From an uncultured Verrucomicrobiae bacterium (lineage in GTDB: Bacteria > Verrucomicrobiota > Verrucomicrobiia > Chthoniobacterales > JAFAMB01), in assembly GCA_963762565.1 (NCBI GenBank), contig CAVXLD010000001.1:864001-928000 (forward strand): a stretch of DNA of 64,000 nt. Direction: 5' to 3'. Positions 19,115 to 28,771 of the stretch are shown here, one piece after another (the first letter of the stretch is position 1; every line of letters starts with the position of its first letter). The notes under the pieces were generated by a model, which did no database searches, was not told the origin of the DNA, and saw nothing but the letters and a program-made list of their open reading frames with translations. Position numbers and translations under genes: made by a program.

Positions 19115-19753
19115 ATGAGCTCAATCGAATTGTTGCTGGAAAACAATCGCACTTGGTCGCAGAGCATGACTTCAGATAAGCCCGATTACTTTCGTCGACT
19201 GGCAAAGCAGCAGTCCCCAAAATTCCTTTGGATCGGATGCGCTGACAGCAGAGTACCGGCAAACGAGGTCGTTGGTCTAATGCCCGGTGAATTGTTTGTC
19301 CATCGAAACGTAGCCAACTTGGTCTATGCGTCAGATCTAAACTGTCTTTCGGTCGTTCAATACGCGGTGGCAGTTCTTAAAGTAGAACATATCATCGTTT
19401 GCGGCCATTACGGTTGCGGCGGCGTCAAAGCAGCCATGTCCACCCAGCATCATGGTCTCATCGATAGTTGGCTCTCGAAGATTAAAGACTTATACGTCCG
19501 GAACCATAAGCATCTCGATTGTATCCCGGACCAGGAAGCCAGATCTGACCAGCTGTGCGAATTGAATGTGGTAGAACAAGTCGAAGCACTCAGCCGCACC
19601 GCGATTGTCCAAGATGCATGGTTCAGCGGACAAACCGTGGCCATCCATGGGTGGATCTACGGATTGAAGGATGGCCTGATCAAGGACCTCGGCGTCCGGA
19701 TCAATCACCTCGAACAAGTTCCAGAACCCTATCGATTCCAGCGAGACGGGTGA
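19115..19753 (+). CDS. can: Beta-class carbonic anhydrase
   Basis: WIGCADSRVP, ELFVHRNVAN, CGHYGCGGV. Confidence 0.95.
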   Translation: MSSIELLLENNRTWSQSMTSDKPDYFRRLAKQQSPKFLWIGCADSRVPANEVVGLMPGELFVHRNVANLVYASDLNCLSVVQYAVAVLKVEHIIVCGHYGCGGVKAAMSTQHHGLIDSWLSKIKDLYVRNHKHLDCIPDQEARSDQLCELNVVEQVEALSRTAIVQDAWFSGQTVAIHGWIYGLKDGLIKDLGVRINHLEQVPEPYRFQRDG

Positions 19754-19805
19754 GCGCTCGCAATGTGGACGGCGAGCTGTTTATGTCGTGAGGGCAGGCG
19801 CGGCA

Positions 19806-19943
19806 GGCGATACGGCGAAAGGGCGAAAGGGCGCGCGAAGCGCTGAAAGTGCGAAAGAATCGAGCTCTACTGAACGCGCCGCCTACGTCCACTACCTACG
19901 CGCCCATTCGCCCATTCGCCGTTTCGCCCTCTCGCCGGTTCGC
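19806..19943. repeat. Inverted octamer arrays (GGCGAAAG / TTCGCCCA)
   Basis: ggcgatacggcgaaagggcgaaagggcg ... cgcccattcgcccattcgccgtttcgcc. Confidence 0.75.
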
Positions 19944-19951
19944 ACACATCC

Positions 19952-20437
19952 CTAATCATTCCTTCCGCTTCTTCCCTTCCCCTTCGACGGGGTCGCTTTC
20001 TGTTTCGGGGTTGGCTTTGGGGGTGGAGGCGCTTTAACGATCGTGGCGCTCACGAGTTTTCCGGAGCTATCCACCACCGCGGTAAAATCGAATTCTCGAT
20101 CCGAATCTCCGAGATTAACTGCACCCGCGCAGACAATCTGCAGCTGAGCGTTAGAAAGCCATTTGGCGGATTTGTAAGTGGGCAGCGTTATTTTGCCCAA
20201 TTTTGACGCGGAAACACCGAAGGACTTAGCCAGGTAGGGTTTCAAAGCATCGATATCATCATAGAAAAGCCGGACCACTTTCACTCCGGTGCGTAATTGG
20301 AGAACATCACGCCGGCCGGATTTATCGATCATGAGAGAGTTAGAGTTATCCGGTGAAGGCACCTGCAATATTTCGACTGCGGGCGCCGGCGCCAAAAGGC
20401 AGACAAGCAAAAGGCTAATGAAACAACAGGCTTTCAT
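19952..20437 (-). CDS. Hypothetical secreted protein
   Basis: Signal peptide; Pro/Lys-rich tail. Confidence 0.7.
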   Translation of the reverse strand: MKACCFISLLLVCLLAPAPAVEILQVPSPDNSNSLMIDKSGRRDVLQLRTGVKVVRLFYDDIDALKPYLAKSFGVSASKLGKITLPTYKSAKWLSNAQLQIVCAGAVNLGDSDREFDFTAVVDSSGKLVSATIVKAPPPPKPTPKQKATPSKGKGRSGRND

Positions 20438-20510
20438 AAAATGAGAGTGGACTGGGGATGCAATAGAGCATTTTGCCGAACCAGTAGCCGTCTGGAAATA
20501 TTAAATATCA

Positions 20511-20565
20511 CCGTTGAGCGCTGCCTCGCTCACCACGGCCTCGCAAGCGAGGCAGCGCTCCACGG
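20511..20565. repeat. REP family C, collapsed inverted pair
   Basis: ccgttgagcgctgcctcgct-cacca-cggcctcgcaagcgaggcagcgctccacgg. Confidence 0.8.
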
Positions 20566-20575
20566 TTCCGACCTG

Positions 20576-20612
20576 GAAAACGGAAAGGGCGCACGAAACC
20601 GTGCGCCTTCCA
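20576..20612 (-). terminator. Intrinsic terminator of the HAF-repeat gene
   Basis: Minus strand AAGGCGCACG-GUUU-CGUGCGCCCUUUCCGUUUU. Confidence 0.65.
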
Positions 20613-20644
20613 TCCTCAGTTCTAACGCCTGGCCTACTTTCCGT

Positions 20645-22306
20645 TCACCGGCCGTTTTCTCCTCCACGTTTCTTCAACGTACGCGGCGGCGTTGGGGAGC
20701 TTGAGGGCTTTAAAGGCGCCGGGCGATGACCCGTGTTGTTGTGCGTAGACTTATGGCCTTCGTTTTCCCCGCCCCCTCTGTGTGGATCGTAGACATGGGT
20801 CGTCTCCGTCGTCCCACTATGATGGCCCTCGTTGTGGCCTTCGCTACGATGGTGCGTAGGCGTAGGAGTAGGTTTGCTTCGATGGGCTATCTGGATTTGT
20901 GGAGGGGTCGGCGTCGGCTTTGGTGTCGGACTCGGCGTTGGCCGCGGAGTCGGGCTTGGCGTTGGCCGTGGGGTTGGTGTAGTCCGAGGCGTCGGGGTTG
21001 GTCGAGGAGTCGGAGTACTACCAGGACGTGGCGGCGTTGGCCAACGCGGAGTGGGTGTAGGATGTGGCCGTCTCGGAGGAGTTGGCCACGGATGGGGATG
21101 ATGATGCCACGGCGGCCGCCACAAATTAGGCGGACAGAACCAGCCCGCACCAACCCAAACTACCCCAGTAACATCACCTGAATCAAAGACCGGAGCATCG
21201 GGTCCGCCAGGAGGGTCTGCGGTTACTCCAACCGGAATCGCTAAAAAAGCGGCTATCCGTCCATCTAAGGTGGTGCCAAAACCGACAATCCAACCTTGAT
21301 TGTTAATACCATCCGCCACGTCCAACGCCGAAAACCCAGCTTTCCTCAGGTTGATTGCCGCCCGGGTCAGATCGAGCATGTTGCCATCGGTGTACACAAA
21401 GGCTCGCTTCTGATTCTCGCTATCGCTCTCACCCACAATCTGGCCGCTGTCGTTCAACGCTCGGGCATAACTGCATTTTTCAAATCCGTTCAGCGTGCCC
21501 AGATCCTGTATGGAATTACCCTTGAAGACAAAGGCATGCGTTGAACCGTTGCCGGTTTCGCTGTCACCAACAACTAAACCGTTCTGGTTAATCCCTAATG
21601 CTTCGCTCCCGGCGCCTCCCAACGTGCCGAGGTCGGTAAGATGACCGGAAACAAGTAGAAACGCATGCGTCGAACCGTCGTCTAAGTCGTATCGCCCTAC
21701 AATCTGTCCGCCGGCATTAATCCCGTACGCGGTCTTTAAGGTGTCGGAGTTCTTGGCCGAGATCCCCAAGTCTTGTACACTGTCACCGCTAAAAAGCGCG
21801 GGCCGATGACTATCGCCATCCCCCTGGCTATCTCCCACAATTTGGCCAGACGCATTGATCGCAAAGGCCTCACTATTACTTCCACCAGGGAGAGTGCCTA
21901 GCGACGTGATCCCTTGATTTTGCGTATACAAGAATGCCAGCACATTATTATTACCATCTGCGCTGTAACCGACTATCTGGTTAGCATTGTTAATTGCGGT
22001 CGCGGCAGTTGCTTGTCCGCCTAACGAACCAAGATCCTTTATCGTACCGTCAAAATAGCTATACAAAAACGCATTGGATTCATTGTTCTGATAGCAGAAT
22101 CCGACCACGTCGGCGTGATCATTCAATCCTAATGCCGTGCTGTTGCAGCTGTCCGGCGTGGGGATATGAATAATCTGGTATCGAGTTTGAGCCTGGGCAG
22201 CTCCCATCAATAAGCCGGCTAGAAGTAGTGAGCCCACACTCGCGGGCAGAAGCGTCAAAGCGCAAAGAACGGGGGTGATTATAGAAAAGAGAGGGCTCGT
22301 TCGCAT
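20645..22306 (-). CDS. Secreted HAF-repeat protein with a Pro/Thr/His-rich tail
   Basis: Repeated DLGTLGG..S.A.GIN..GQIVG....HAF units; RPTPSPTP repeats. Confidence 0.88.
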   Translation of the reverse strand: MRTSPLFSIITPVLCALTLLPASVGSLLLAGLLMGAAQAQTRYQIIHIPTPDSCNSTALGLNDHADVVGFCYQNNESNAFLYSYFDGTIKDLGSLGGQATAATAINNANQIVGYSADGNNNVLAFLYTQNQGITSLGTLPGGSNSEAFAINASGQIVGDSQGDGDSHRPALFSGDSVQDLGISAKNSDTLKTAYGINAGGQIVGRYDLDDGSTHAFLLVSGHLTDLGTLGGAGSEALGINQNGLVVGDSETGNGSTHAFVFKGNSIQDLGTLNGFEKCSYARALNDSGQIVGESDSENQKRAFVYTDGNMLDLTRAAINLRKAGFSALDVADGINNQGWIVGFGTTLDGRIAAFLAIPVGVTADPPGGPDAPVFDSGDVTGVVWVGAGWFCPPNLWRPPWHHHPHPWPTPPRRPHPTPTPRWPTPPRPGSTPTPRPTPTPRTTPTPRPTPSPTPRPTPSPTPKPTPTPPQIQIAHRSKPTPTPTHHRSEGHNEGHHSGTTETTHVYDPHRGGGENEGHKSTHNNTGHRPAPLKPSSSPTPPRTLKKRGGENGR

Positions 22307-22734
22307 CGTAATTACGTGCCTTAGAATGTCGGCCCAGGCGTCTTACGGGGCGGGAATGGTTGTGGATTGATGAACGGGTTTCCGCTGAAACGAACCGGCT
22401 TGTTCGGTACGCCCCGCGCATGGACCGGACCGGCGCCGGCAAACGGTGTTAAGCTTGCAAGCGGAACATCTGAAACTAGTGATCGACGATATAGTTTCAT
22501 GATTGGTTAGTTCTTTTTTCTGGTAATGCTCGGGATGCCTAGACATAGGATTTCACTGACTGCGATGGGTCATTTGCCTGTTAAGCAGGTGCAATGCCGC
22601 AGTGTTAGAGAGAAGGCGTTTCCCCTCGGCAGATAACATATTTCGGAAAGGAAGGCGCGGTTTCCGCCGTTCCGAAATTGGCACGGACGTCCCAGATCCA
22701 GGACTCAGAGGCGCTAACTCGCCGTAGGCTCGTC

Positions 22735-22846
22735 AGCAATAGCAAATAGCAAATAGCAAATAGCAGATAGCAAATAGCAAATGCTCGCAGAAACAGCATC
22801 CGGCCGTTCGCGCTTCAATCTGCTATTTGCTACTTTCTATTTACTA
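22735..22846. repeat. Inverted heptamer arrays (AGCAAAT / ATTTGCT)
   Basis: About six copies of agcaaat, then tctgctatttgctactttctatttactatt. Confidence 0.85.
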
Positions 22847-23850
22847 TTCCGAACGAGCCCAAGGCGAGTTGGGCGCTTGCCAGGCGCATCGGTCACCACA
22901 GTTCTGTTGCGCCGATTCGCGAACACCACAATAATAACGACTGCCACTAAAATGACGGCAGCGCCCAAGACGGTGCGACTATCCAGGGTTTCACCGGCGA
23001 TCGCCCAACCGAGTAGAACGGCTACCGCCGGGTTCACGAACGCATAGGTCCCAACCAGAGCGGGTGAACAAACTCGAACCAGCCAGATATAAGCCGTAAA
23101 TGCGATGATCGCGCCAAACACCACTATATAGAGCCACGCAAGCGATGATTCAGCAGTGACGCGGCTCCAGTTGAACCGGGCGGCTTCACCGGTCGAAACA
23201 CTAACCAGGAGCAACAACGCGCCTCCACAAATCATTTGAATGCCGACGGCGACGATCGCGGATGAAGGGCGCGCAGCTTTTCTGGAATAAAGCGAACCGC
23301 CCGCCCAAACTGCAGCCGCCACGAGTAAAACGACAATTCCCGTGTACCAATTGAATCGGTCAGCCGGAGAAAGGTTCGCGTGGGTGCTGGGCCGAGATAA
23401 TATCGACACTCCCAGCAATCCCAACCCCAACCCTACACAAATCATCCCGCTCGGACGCGGACCGGCTTTAGTGACCCACGCAAAGACGGTGAGGAAAACC
23501 GGAACGGTAGCAACGAGCAGCGCCGCAGTTCCCGAGGGCACATATTGTTCCGCAAAAGTAACGCCGCCGTTGCCCACCAGCAGCAAGCAACCGCCCACGA
23601 TGACCGCTTCGCGCCATTCAACCAGCGAGGGCAATTTTGCGCCGCGTAAGAGCGCGAACAGAAACATCGCGCCTCCAGCCGCCAGATAACGAGTCCCGGC
23701 CATAAAAAAAGGAGGAATTGACGCAATCGCCAACCGGATCCCGAGATAGGTCGAACCCCAGATGACGTAGACCGTCAAGAGCGCGGTCAGTACCAGGACT
23801 GGATTCGGACTCGTTGTCTGTAAGGAAGAGGCTGACTTCGTGGTGCTCAT
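22837..23850 (-). CDS. EamA/DMT family transporter (YedA-like)
   Basis: VYVIWGSTYLGIR, TYAFVNPAVAVLLG; about ten TM helices. Confidence 0.9.
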   Translation of the reverse strand: MSTTKSASSLQTTSPNPVLVLTALLTVYVIWGSTYLGIRLAIASIPPFFMAGTRYLAAGGAMFLFALLRGAKLPSLVEWREAVIVGGCLLLVGNGGVTFAEQYVPSGTAALLVATVPVFLTVFAWVTKAGPRPSGMICVGLGLGLLGVSILSRPSTHANLSPADRFNWYTGIVVLLVAAAVWAGGSLYSRKAARPSSAIVAVGIQMICGGALLLLVSVSTGEAARFNWSRVTAESSLAWLYIVVFGAIIAFTAYIWLVRVCSPALVGTYAFVNPAVAVLLGWAIAGETLDSRTVLGAAVILVAVVIIVVFANRRNRTVVTDAPGKRPTRLGLVRNSK

Positions 23851-24014
23851 GATTAGGAACGTCGTGTTCGCCGACCGGACCGGCTGTCCTCCGGCCAAAT
23901 TCGGACCGCTGAGTCTCAAAACTACATTCTGGCAATTGAATAGATAGCCGAATGCGATTAATGTCTACAGGCTTTATCAGAATATCATTAAGAACGAACT
24001 CGGTTCAATCACCC

Positions 24015-24473
24015 ATGCTGCAACGTATGCCACCCGATGACCTCAACCGAAAGCTATTAACGTTGCTTCGTGAAGATGCACGGACCAAATACGTCGAGCT
24101 GGGACGTACAGTTCACTTGTCGCCTCCGGCTGTCTTCGAACGAGTCAGGAAACTCGAAAAGTCGGGGACCATTCTTCGGTACACCGTCGACCTCGACCCG
24201 AAACTGCTTGAGTTGAGCATATGCGCGTTTGTCCAGATCCGGATCCTTGATGACGTCACCTCTGAAGAGGTGGCAGAGCGGCTAACCGCGTATCGTGAAG
24301 TCGAGGAATGCCATTCGATCGCGGGAGAAGATTGTTTATTGACCAAGGTCAGAACAACGGACACCGCCGCCCTGACCCGCCTTCTCGTCGAAATGAAAAA
24401 GATACCTGGCGTACAACGAACGCTGACCACGATTGTGCTATCGACTCATTTCGAGCGCGGGATACAGCCGTGA
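24015..24473 (+). CDS. Lrp/AsnC family regulator
   Basis: DDLNRKLLTLLREDAR..ELG..V.LS....ERVRKLE; ECHSIAGED. Confidence 0.92.
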   Translation: MLQRMPPDDLNRKLLTLLREDARTKYVELGRTVHLSPPAVFERVRKLEKSGTILRYTVDLDPKLLELSICAFVQIRILDDVTSEEVAERLTAYREVEECHSIAGEDCLLTKVRTTDTAALTRLLVEMKKIPGVQRTLTTIVLSTHFERGIQP

Positions 24474-24479
24474 CCAACG

Positions 24480-24716
24480 AGGAGCTAGGAGCGTGCTGCC
24501 CGGAGCGATGGCAATCGTCGTCGTCCTCGTCCTCGAAAAGCGATTCTTTCCCACGGCGTGGCAAAACCTTGGAATCTCGGCCGCTGGGGAAAATTCACTC
24601 TAAGGACCGATGCAAATCAGCGAGCTAACACGCTACTTTCGAGGACGAGGACGAGAACGATTGCGATAGAGCCACGACGCAACGTCCTGGCTCCTAGATT
24701 CTAGCTCCCAGCTCCT
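24480..24716. repeat. Family D composite inverted element (GGAGCTA heptamers plus TCGTCCTCG boxes)
   Basis: ggagctaggag...tcgtcctcgtcctcgaaa ... tttcgaggacgaggacga...ctcctagattctagctcccagctcct. Confidence 0.8.
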
Positions 24717-24745
24717 ATGTTCTCATCAATCGCTTGTACGCACCC

Positions 24746-25381
24746 TCACCCCTCAACCCATTCTCCATCGCGACGGTTATATTCCTTCTCCAAAGGCTTC
24801 ACTTCTTTGATTGTCCGCTCCAGTTCTTCGGCGGCGTTCGCTTCCGGCATAGCATCGGTTACGAACCCGTCCTGATTAAAGAAAGCCTGTTCTTGTCGTT
24901 CGATGGCAGCCCTATCCCCTGGAGCCGCTTCATCAGCGATTCCAGTGTCCTGCGGCAACGCTTCTTCCGGGCGTACGTCTTTGATAGCACTGACCCGGTG
25001 TAGCGGAATAGAAACACCGTAATAAGCATTGATTGCCTGTTTTTCGACGTCGGACAGCTCGGCTTTCGGGTTATATCGAGGCGCCTGTTTTAAAAATTCG
25101 GCAGGAAATTCTACTCGAACAACCGCCTGACCTTGATCAACCTGGACATTGCGTGCCGGTATCAAATGGGTGCTACGAAAAAGCCAGCCGCTCCTCAGTC
25201 CCATGAATTCCACGCGACGTGTGCTCGGATCAACCCAGGTTCCGGCAATAGAACCGATTCTCTCTCCCTGCTCATCCACGACGTTTAGTCCGATCAAACC
25301 GCGCGCTTCGCGCTCAGCAAATGAGTCCAGACCTTTCATTTCAAGACTAGTTCGCATCTCGGCCTCGGCTGGGTTTTCCAA
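24746..25381 (-). CDS. PRC-barrel domain protein
   Basis: LIGLNVVDEQGERIGSI...GWLF..THLIP; start uncertain. Confidence 0.8.
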   Translation of the reverse strand: MENPAEAEMRTSLEMKGLDSFAEREARGLIGLNVVDEQGERIGSIAGTWVDPSTRRVEFMGLRSGWLFRSTHLIPARNVQVDQGQAVVRVEFPAEFLKQAPRYNPKAELSDVEKQAINAYYGVSIPLHRVSAIKDVRPEEALPQDTGIADEAAPGDRAAIERQEQAFFNQDGFVTDAMPEANAAEELERTIKEVKPLEKEYNRRDGEWVEG

Positions 25382-25485
25382 CGAATTTCAGCACAGAGAC
25401 AAAGAGATCACGGAGAAGTCTAACAAAGATTTGATTTTGGGTTGCTCTCTATGTCCTTTGTGTCTCTGTGGTGAATTTAAGCCCC

Positions 25486-25887
25486 ATGAGCTTCTCCATC
25501 GACACCATCGACCATCTAGTTCTAAACGTTAAGGATGTTGAAGAGAGCGCCGCGTGGTACGTCCGCGCGCTTGGCATGCAACGTATCACCTTCGAATCGG
25601 GATCAGGCGTACGCGTAGCCCTGCAGTTCGGTAATCACAAAATCAATCTACGACCTGCTGACTTCGATACAGTCACGTGGTTCACCAGTGCGGCTCCAGC
25701 GACTGGAAGCGCCGACCTCTGCTTCGTGACCAAATCAGGCCCGGCGACAGTGAAGGCACACTGGATCGAACAAAGTATTGCGATAGAGGAAGGGCCAGTA
25801 AAACGCGCCGGCGCACGCGGCTCGATGACGTCAGTGTATTGCCGCGATCCCGACGGGAACCTAATCGAGGTGGCAAGTTACGGATGA
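25486..25887 (+). CDS. VOC/glyoxalase family protein
   Basis: IDHLVLNVKD, GSADLCF, SVYCRDPDGNLIE. Confidence 0.9.
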   Translation: MSFSIDTIDHLVLNVKDVEESAAWYVRALGMQRITFESGSGVRVALQFGNHKINLRPADFDTVTWFTSAAPATGSADLCFVTKSGPATVKAHWIEQSIAIEEGPVKRAGARGSMTSVYCRDPDGNLIEVASYG

Positions 25888-25889
25888 TT

Positions 25890-26127
25890 GTAGGGCGAGG
25901 CTCCCTAACGACCGCACAATTTCGCAGCGCTCGTGTCGCATTCGTATCCGCGACGTTTTGGGCCGCCAAACCGCCGAGCCGCGGGTTGAGGTGTACCATC
26001 CAGGATCTCTCACGTTAGCAACACGCTGGTCCCGGCTCGGCGCGCGCAAAGGTATACAAAACCCAGTCGTGTTAGAGAGCGTAAATCCTCCGCGATAATC
26101 ATGGGATGTTCGGGAGCCTCGCCCTAC
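25890..26127. repeat. REP family B doublet (GTAG variant)
   Basis: gtagggcgaggctccc...gccgagccg...cggctcggc...gggagcctcgccctac. Confidence 0.85.
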
Positions 26128-26143
26128 CACTCCTGCCACCACT

Positions 26144-26914
26144 TCACTTCTCATCTTTCTTGAAATACGGCGCAAACAAATCAATCGGAATCGGCAGAAA
26201 CGTGGTGGTATTATGTTCACTGGAGATCTCTTTCATCGTTTGCAGATACCGAAGTTGCAGAGCAATCGGCTGAGCCGAGATCATCGCTGCGGCTTGCACC
26301 AGTTTTTCGGCGGCTTGAAATTCTCCTTCGGCGCTAATGATCTTGGCCCGGCGTTCTCGTTCAGTTTCTGCTTGTCGGGCCATAGCCCGCTTCATCCCAT
26401 CCGGTAAAACGACGTCTTTGACTTCTACACCCGTGACTTTGATACCCCAGGGATCCGTATGCCGATCAATGATCTCCTGCAAGGTGAGATTGATCTTGTC
26501 CCGTTGAGCCAAGAGTTCATCGAGTTCTGCCTGGCCTAGAACACTCCGCAAGGTGGTTTGAGAAATTAGGGACGTGGTTCTGAGATAGTTCTCGACACGA
26601 ACTACAGCTGCTTCCGGAACAACCACTCGGAAATAAACGACGGCATCGACCGTGATAGGAACATTATCCCGAGTCATCGCCTCTTGCCTGGAGACATCAA
26701 TCGTGACGACCCTTAGGTCTATTTTCACCATCCGATCCACGATCGGGATGAGCAGGATCAATCCGGGTCCCTTTGTGCCCAACAATTTTCCTAACCGAAA
26801 AATCACGCCCCGCTCATACTCCCGCAGAATTCTCACCATTTGCGGCAGCAGGATTAGCCCGATAACAATCAGGGCAACGATCCAAGCGAACAATACAGTG
26901 AATGTTTCAAACAT
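26144..26914 (-). CDS. SPFH/stomatin-like (slipin) protein
   Basis: [17 protein letters not shown]...[23 protein letters not shown]. Confidence 0.93.
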   Translation of the reverse strand: MFETFTVLFAWIVALIVIGLILLPQMVRILREYERGVIFRLGKLLGTKGPGLILLIPIVDRMVKIDLRVVTIDVSRQEAMTRDNVPITVDAVVYFRVVVPEAAVVRVENYLRTTSLISQTTLRSVLGQAELDELLAQRDKINLTLQEIIDRHTDPWGIKVTGVEVKDVVLPDGMKRAMARQAETERERRAKIISAEGEFQAAEKLVQAAAMISAQPIALQLRYLQTMKEISSEHNTTTFLPIPIDLFAPYFKKDEK

Positions 26915-26916
26915 GA

Positions 26917-28200
26917 CTAGACTTTAGGAGTTACCTTAGCGGTTAATCCTTCGATCGCTCGGATTAATACGGCTTCCCCCATTTTTACCGGAACTTCACT
27001 GACAGCATTCCAATATTCTCCTTCAAAAAGCATTTTACCTCCAGAAACATCTATTGCCGTCAAAGCGCTGCCAGTTTTTCCGATCATGGTTTCTTTTCCC
27101 GTTTTTACCGGTAGTCGTTGTGCGCGAACACCCTTGCCTACTACCAGCACAAAAAAGGCGGCTGTGAGTACCACTCCCGGAATAATGTATTGCAGTGAAA
27201 GCCGAAAGACCGGGTCCCTGGGATCGAATAACATCAGAGAACCGATGAAAAAAGATATTATGCCGCCGGCGGTTAAGACGCCATGGGTTGGGGCGTAGAC
27301 ATCGATAATAAACAGCGCCACTGCGGTAGCAATCAGAAGCAAACCAGTGACGCTAACCGGGAGAGCAGCAGCCATATACAGGGCGAGCAATAATGCAATA
27401 GCGCCGGCTACACCGGGAAGAATCGCCCCCGGAGTCGTGATCTCTCCGATGATTCCGTACATGGCCACTAGCAAGAGTAGAAACATGACCTCCGGCCGCC
27501 AAGCAGCCTGAAAGATCGATTCTGCTGCCGACATTTTGATTTCTGCGATCTGTGCGCCGGCGGTCTTTAGCGGTTTATCGTTTACGATTCGCCCGTCCAG
27601 TTGCCGTAATAAATCGTCCAGCGTCGGCGCGATAATTTCGACCACTTTCAGTTCGAGCGCTTTCTCAGAAGTAATGGAAGCGCTGTCCCGCACGGCGGTT
27701 TCCGCCCAGGCCACATTCCGGCTCCGCTTCGCCGCGATAGCCTGAATATAACTAACCGCAAAGTTCTCCACTTTCTTAGTCATCGTGGGATCGGACTTGG
27801 AATCCTGGCTACCCGTTAACCCTAACGAAACCGGATGGGCAGCGCCGATCGTGGTAGCCGGCGCCATGGCCGCGATATCCGCAGCCAAAGTAATAAAACA
27901 ACCGGCGCTAGCTGCTGTGCCTCCGGTCGGAGAAACGTAAACAACGACGGGAATCGGCGATCCTAACAGCTTCTGCACAATGTGCTCCATTGAATCCAGT
28001 AGACCACCCGGAGTATTCAGCCTGATAATCAAACACTGGCTATTTTGGCGAGCAGCTTCATCGACAGCTCTGGAGACATAACTAGCGGTTGCGGGACCAA
28101 TCGCACCATCAACGGTAATCAAAGAAACAGTCTCACTCGTAGCTAGAGCCGGAACTAGGCTCAGCCAGAACAAGGCCGCTAAACCCGCCAACTTGGTCAT
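26917..28200 (-). CDS. nfeD: NfeD family membrane serine protease (ClpP class)
   Basis: [22 protein letters not shown]-terminal GEYWNA domain; typical pairing with slipin. Confidence 0.92.
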   Translation of the reverse strand: MTKLAGLAALFWLSLVPALATSETVSLITVDGAIGPATASYVSRAVDEAARQNSQCLIIRLNTPGGLLDSMEHIVQKLLGSPIPVVVYVSPTGGTAASAGCFITLAADIAAMAPATTIGAAHPVSLGLTGSQDSKSDPTMTKKVENFAVSYIQAIAAKRSRNVAWAETAVRDSASITSEKALELKVVEIIAPTLDDLLRQLDGRIVNDKPLKTAGAQIAEIKMSAAESIFQAAWRPEVMFLLLLVAMYGIIGEITTPGAILPGVAGAIALLLALYMAAALPVSVTGLLLIATAVALFIIDVYAPTHGVLTAGGIISFFIGSLMLFDPRDPVFRLSLQYIIPGVVLTAAFFVLVVGKGVRAQRLPVKTGKETMIGKTGSALTAIDVSGGKMLFEGEYWNAVSEVPVKMGEAVLIRAIEGLTAKVTPKV

Positions 28201-28253
28201 CGCATTCGAGGTTCTCCGGAAGTCTATCACGGGTTCAACGGAATGCGAAACTT

Positions 28254-28733
28254 GGTAGGGCGAGGCATCCTAAGATACGCAACCTTGGTGGGGCGAGGCT
28301 CCTGTATAACCCAAGCCTCTTCGCGAAGATTTGCGCTGCTCACGACAAATGGCATCCGCTGGACCTTTTCGCTGCCGAGCCGTTCCCAGGACTTCGCAGT
28401 TACAGATCGGTGGCGCGCCCTGGAACGCCTGGAGGGGAGCCGCTTTGGCCCGCTGCGAAATGACCGGATGTATCTTCTTGCACGGCGCGAAACGTCCCGA
28501 TCGCAACGCAACAGGCGGCTCCCGGGAACGGCCCCTGACGTATTCTTTACTCGGGTTTTCAGGGGTTTTTAGAATCGTCACCGAACCATGCGATAAAACC
28601 GAGAGCGCCCTTGGTTACATCTTCGCGCTGGGTAATTCCCGGGAGCCGCCTGCTGCACCGCGGTCGGGTTGAGCCGTGTTGATTGACGAACAACAGTCGT
28701 TGACGTTCGATGCGACAAAGCGGCTCCCCTCCA
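28254..28733. repeat. Family B fragments followed by a family A doublet (28428-28733)
   Basis: ggtagggcgagg, ggtggggcgaggctcc...gccgagccg, then cctggaggggagccgcttt...aaagcggctcccctcca. Confidence 0.8.
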
Positions 28734-28771
28734 AACGTTGCCGGCACTCGAAACCTGTGGCTAGATCTACT

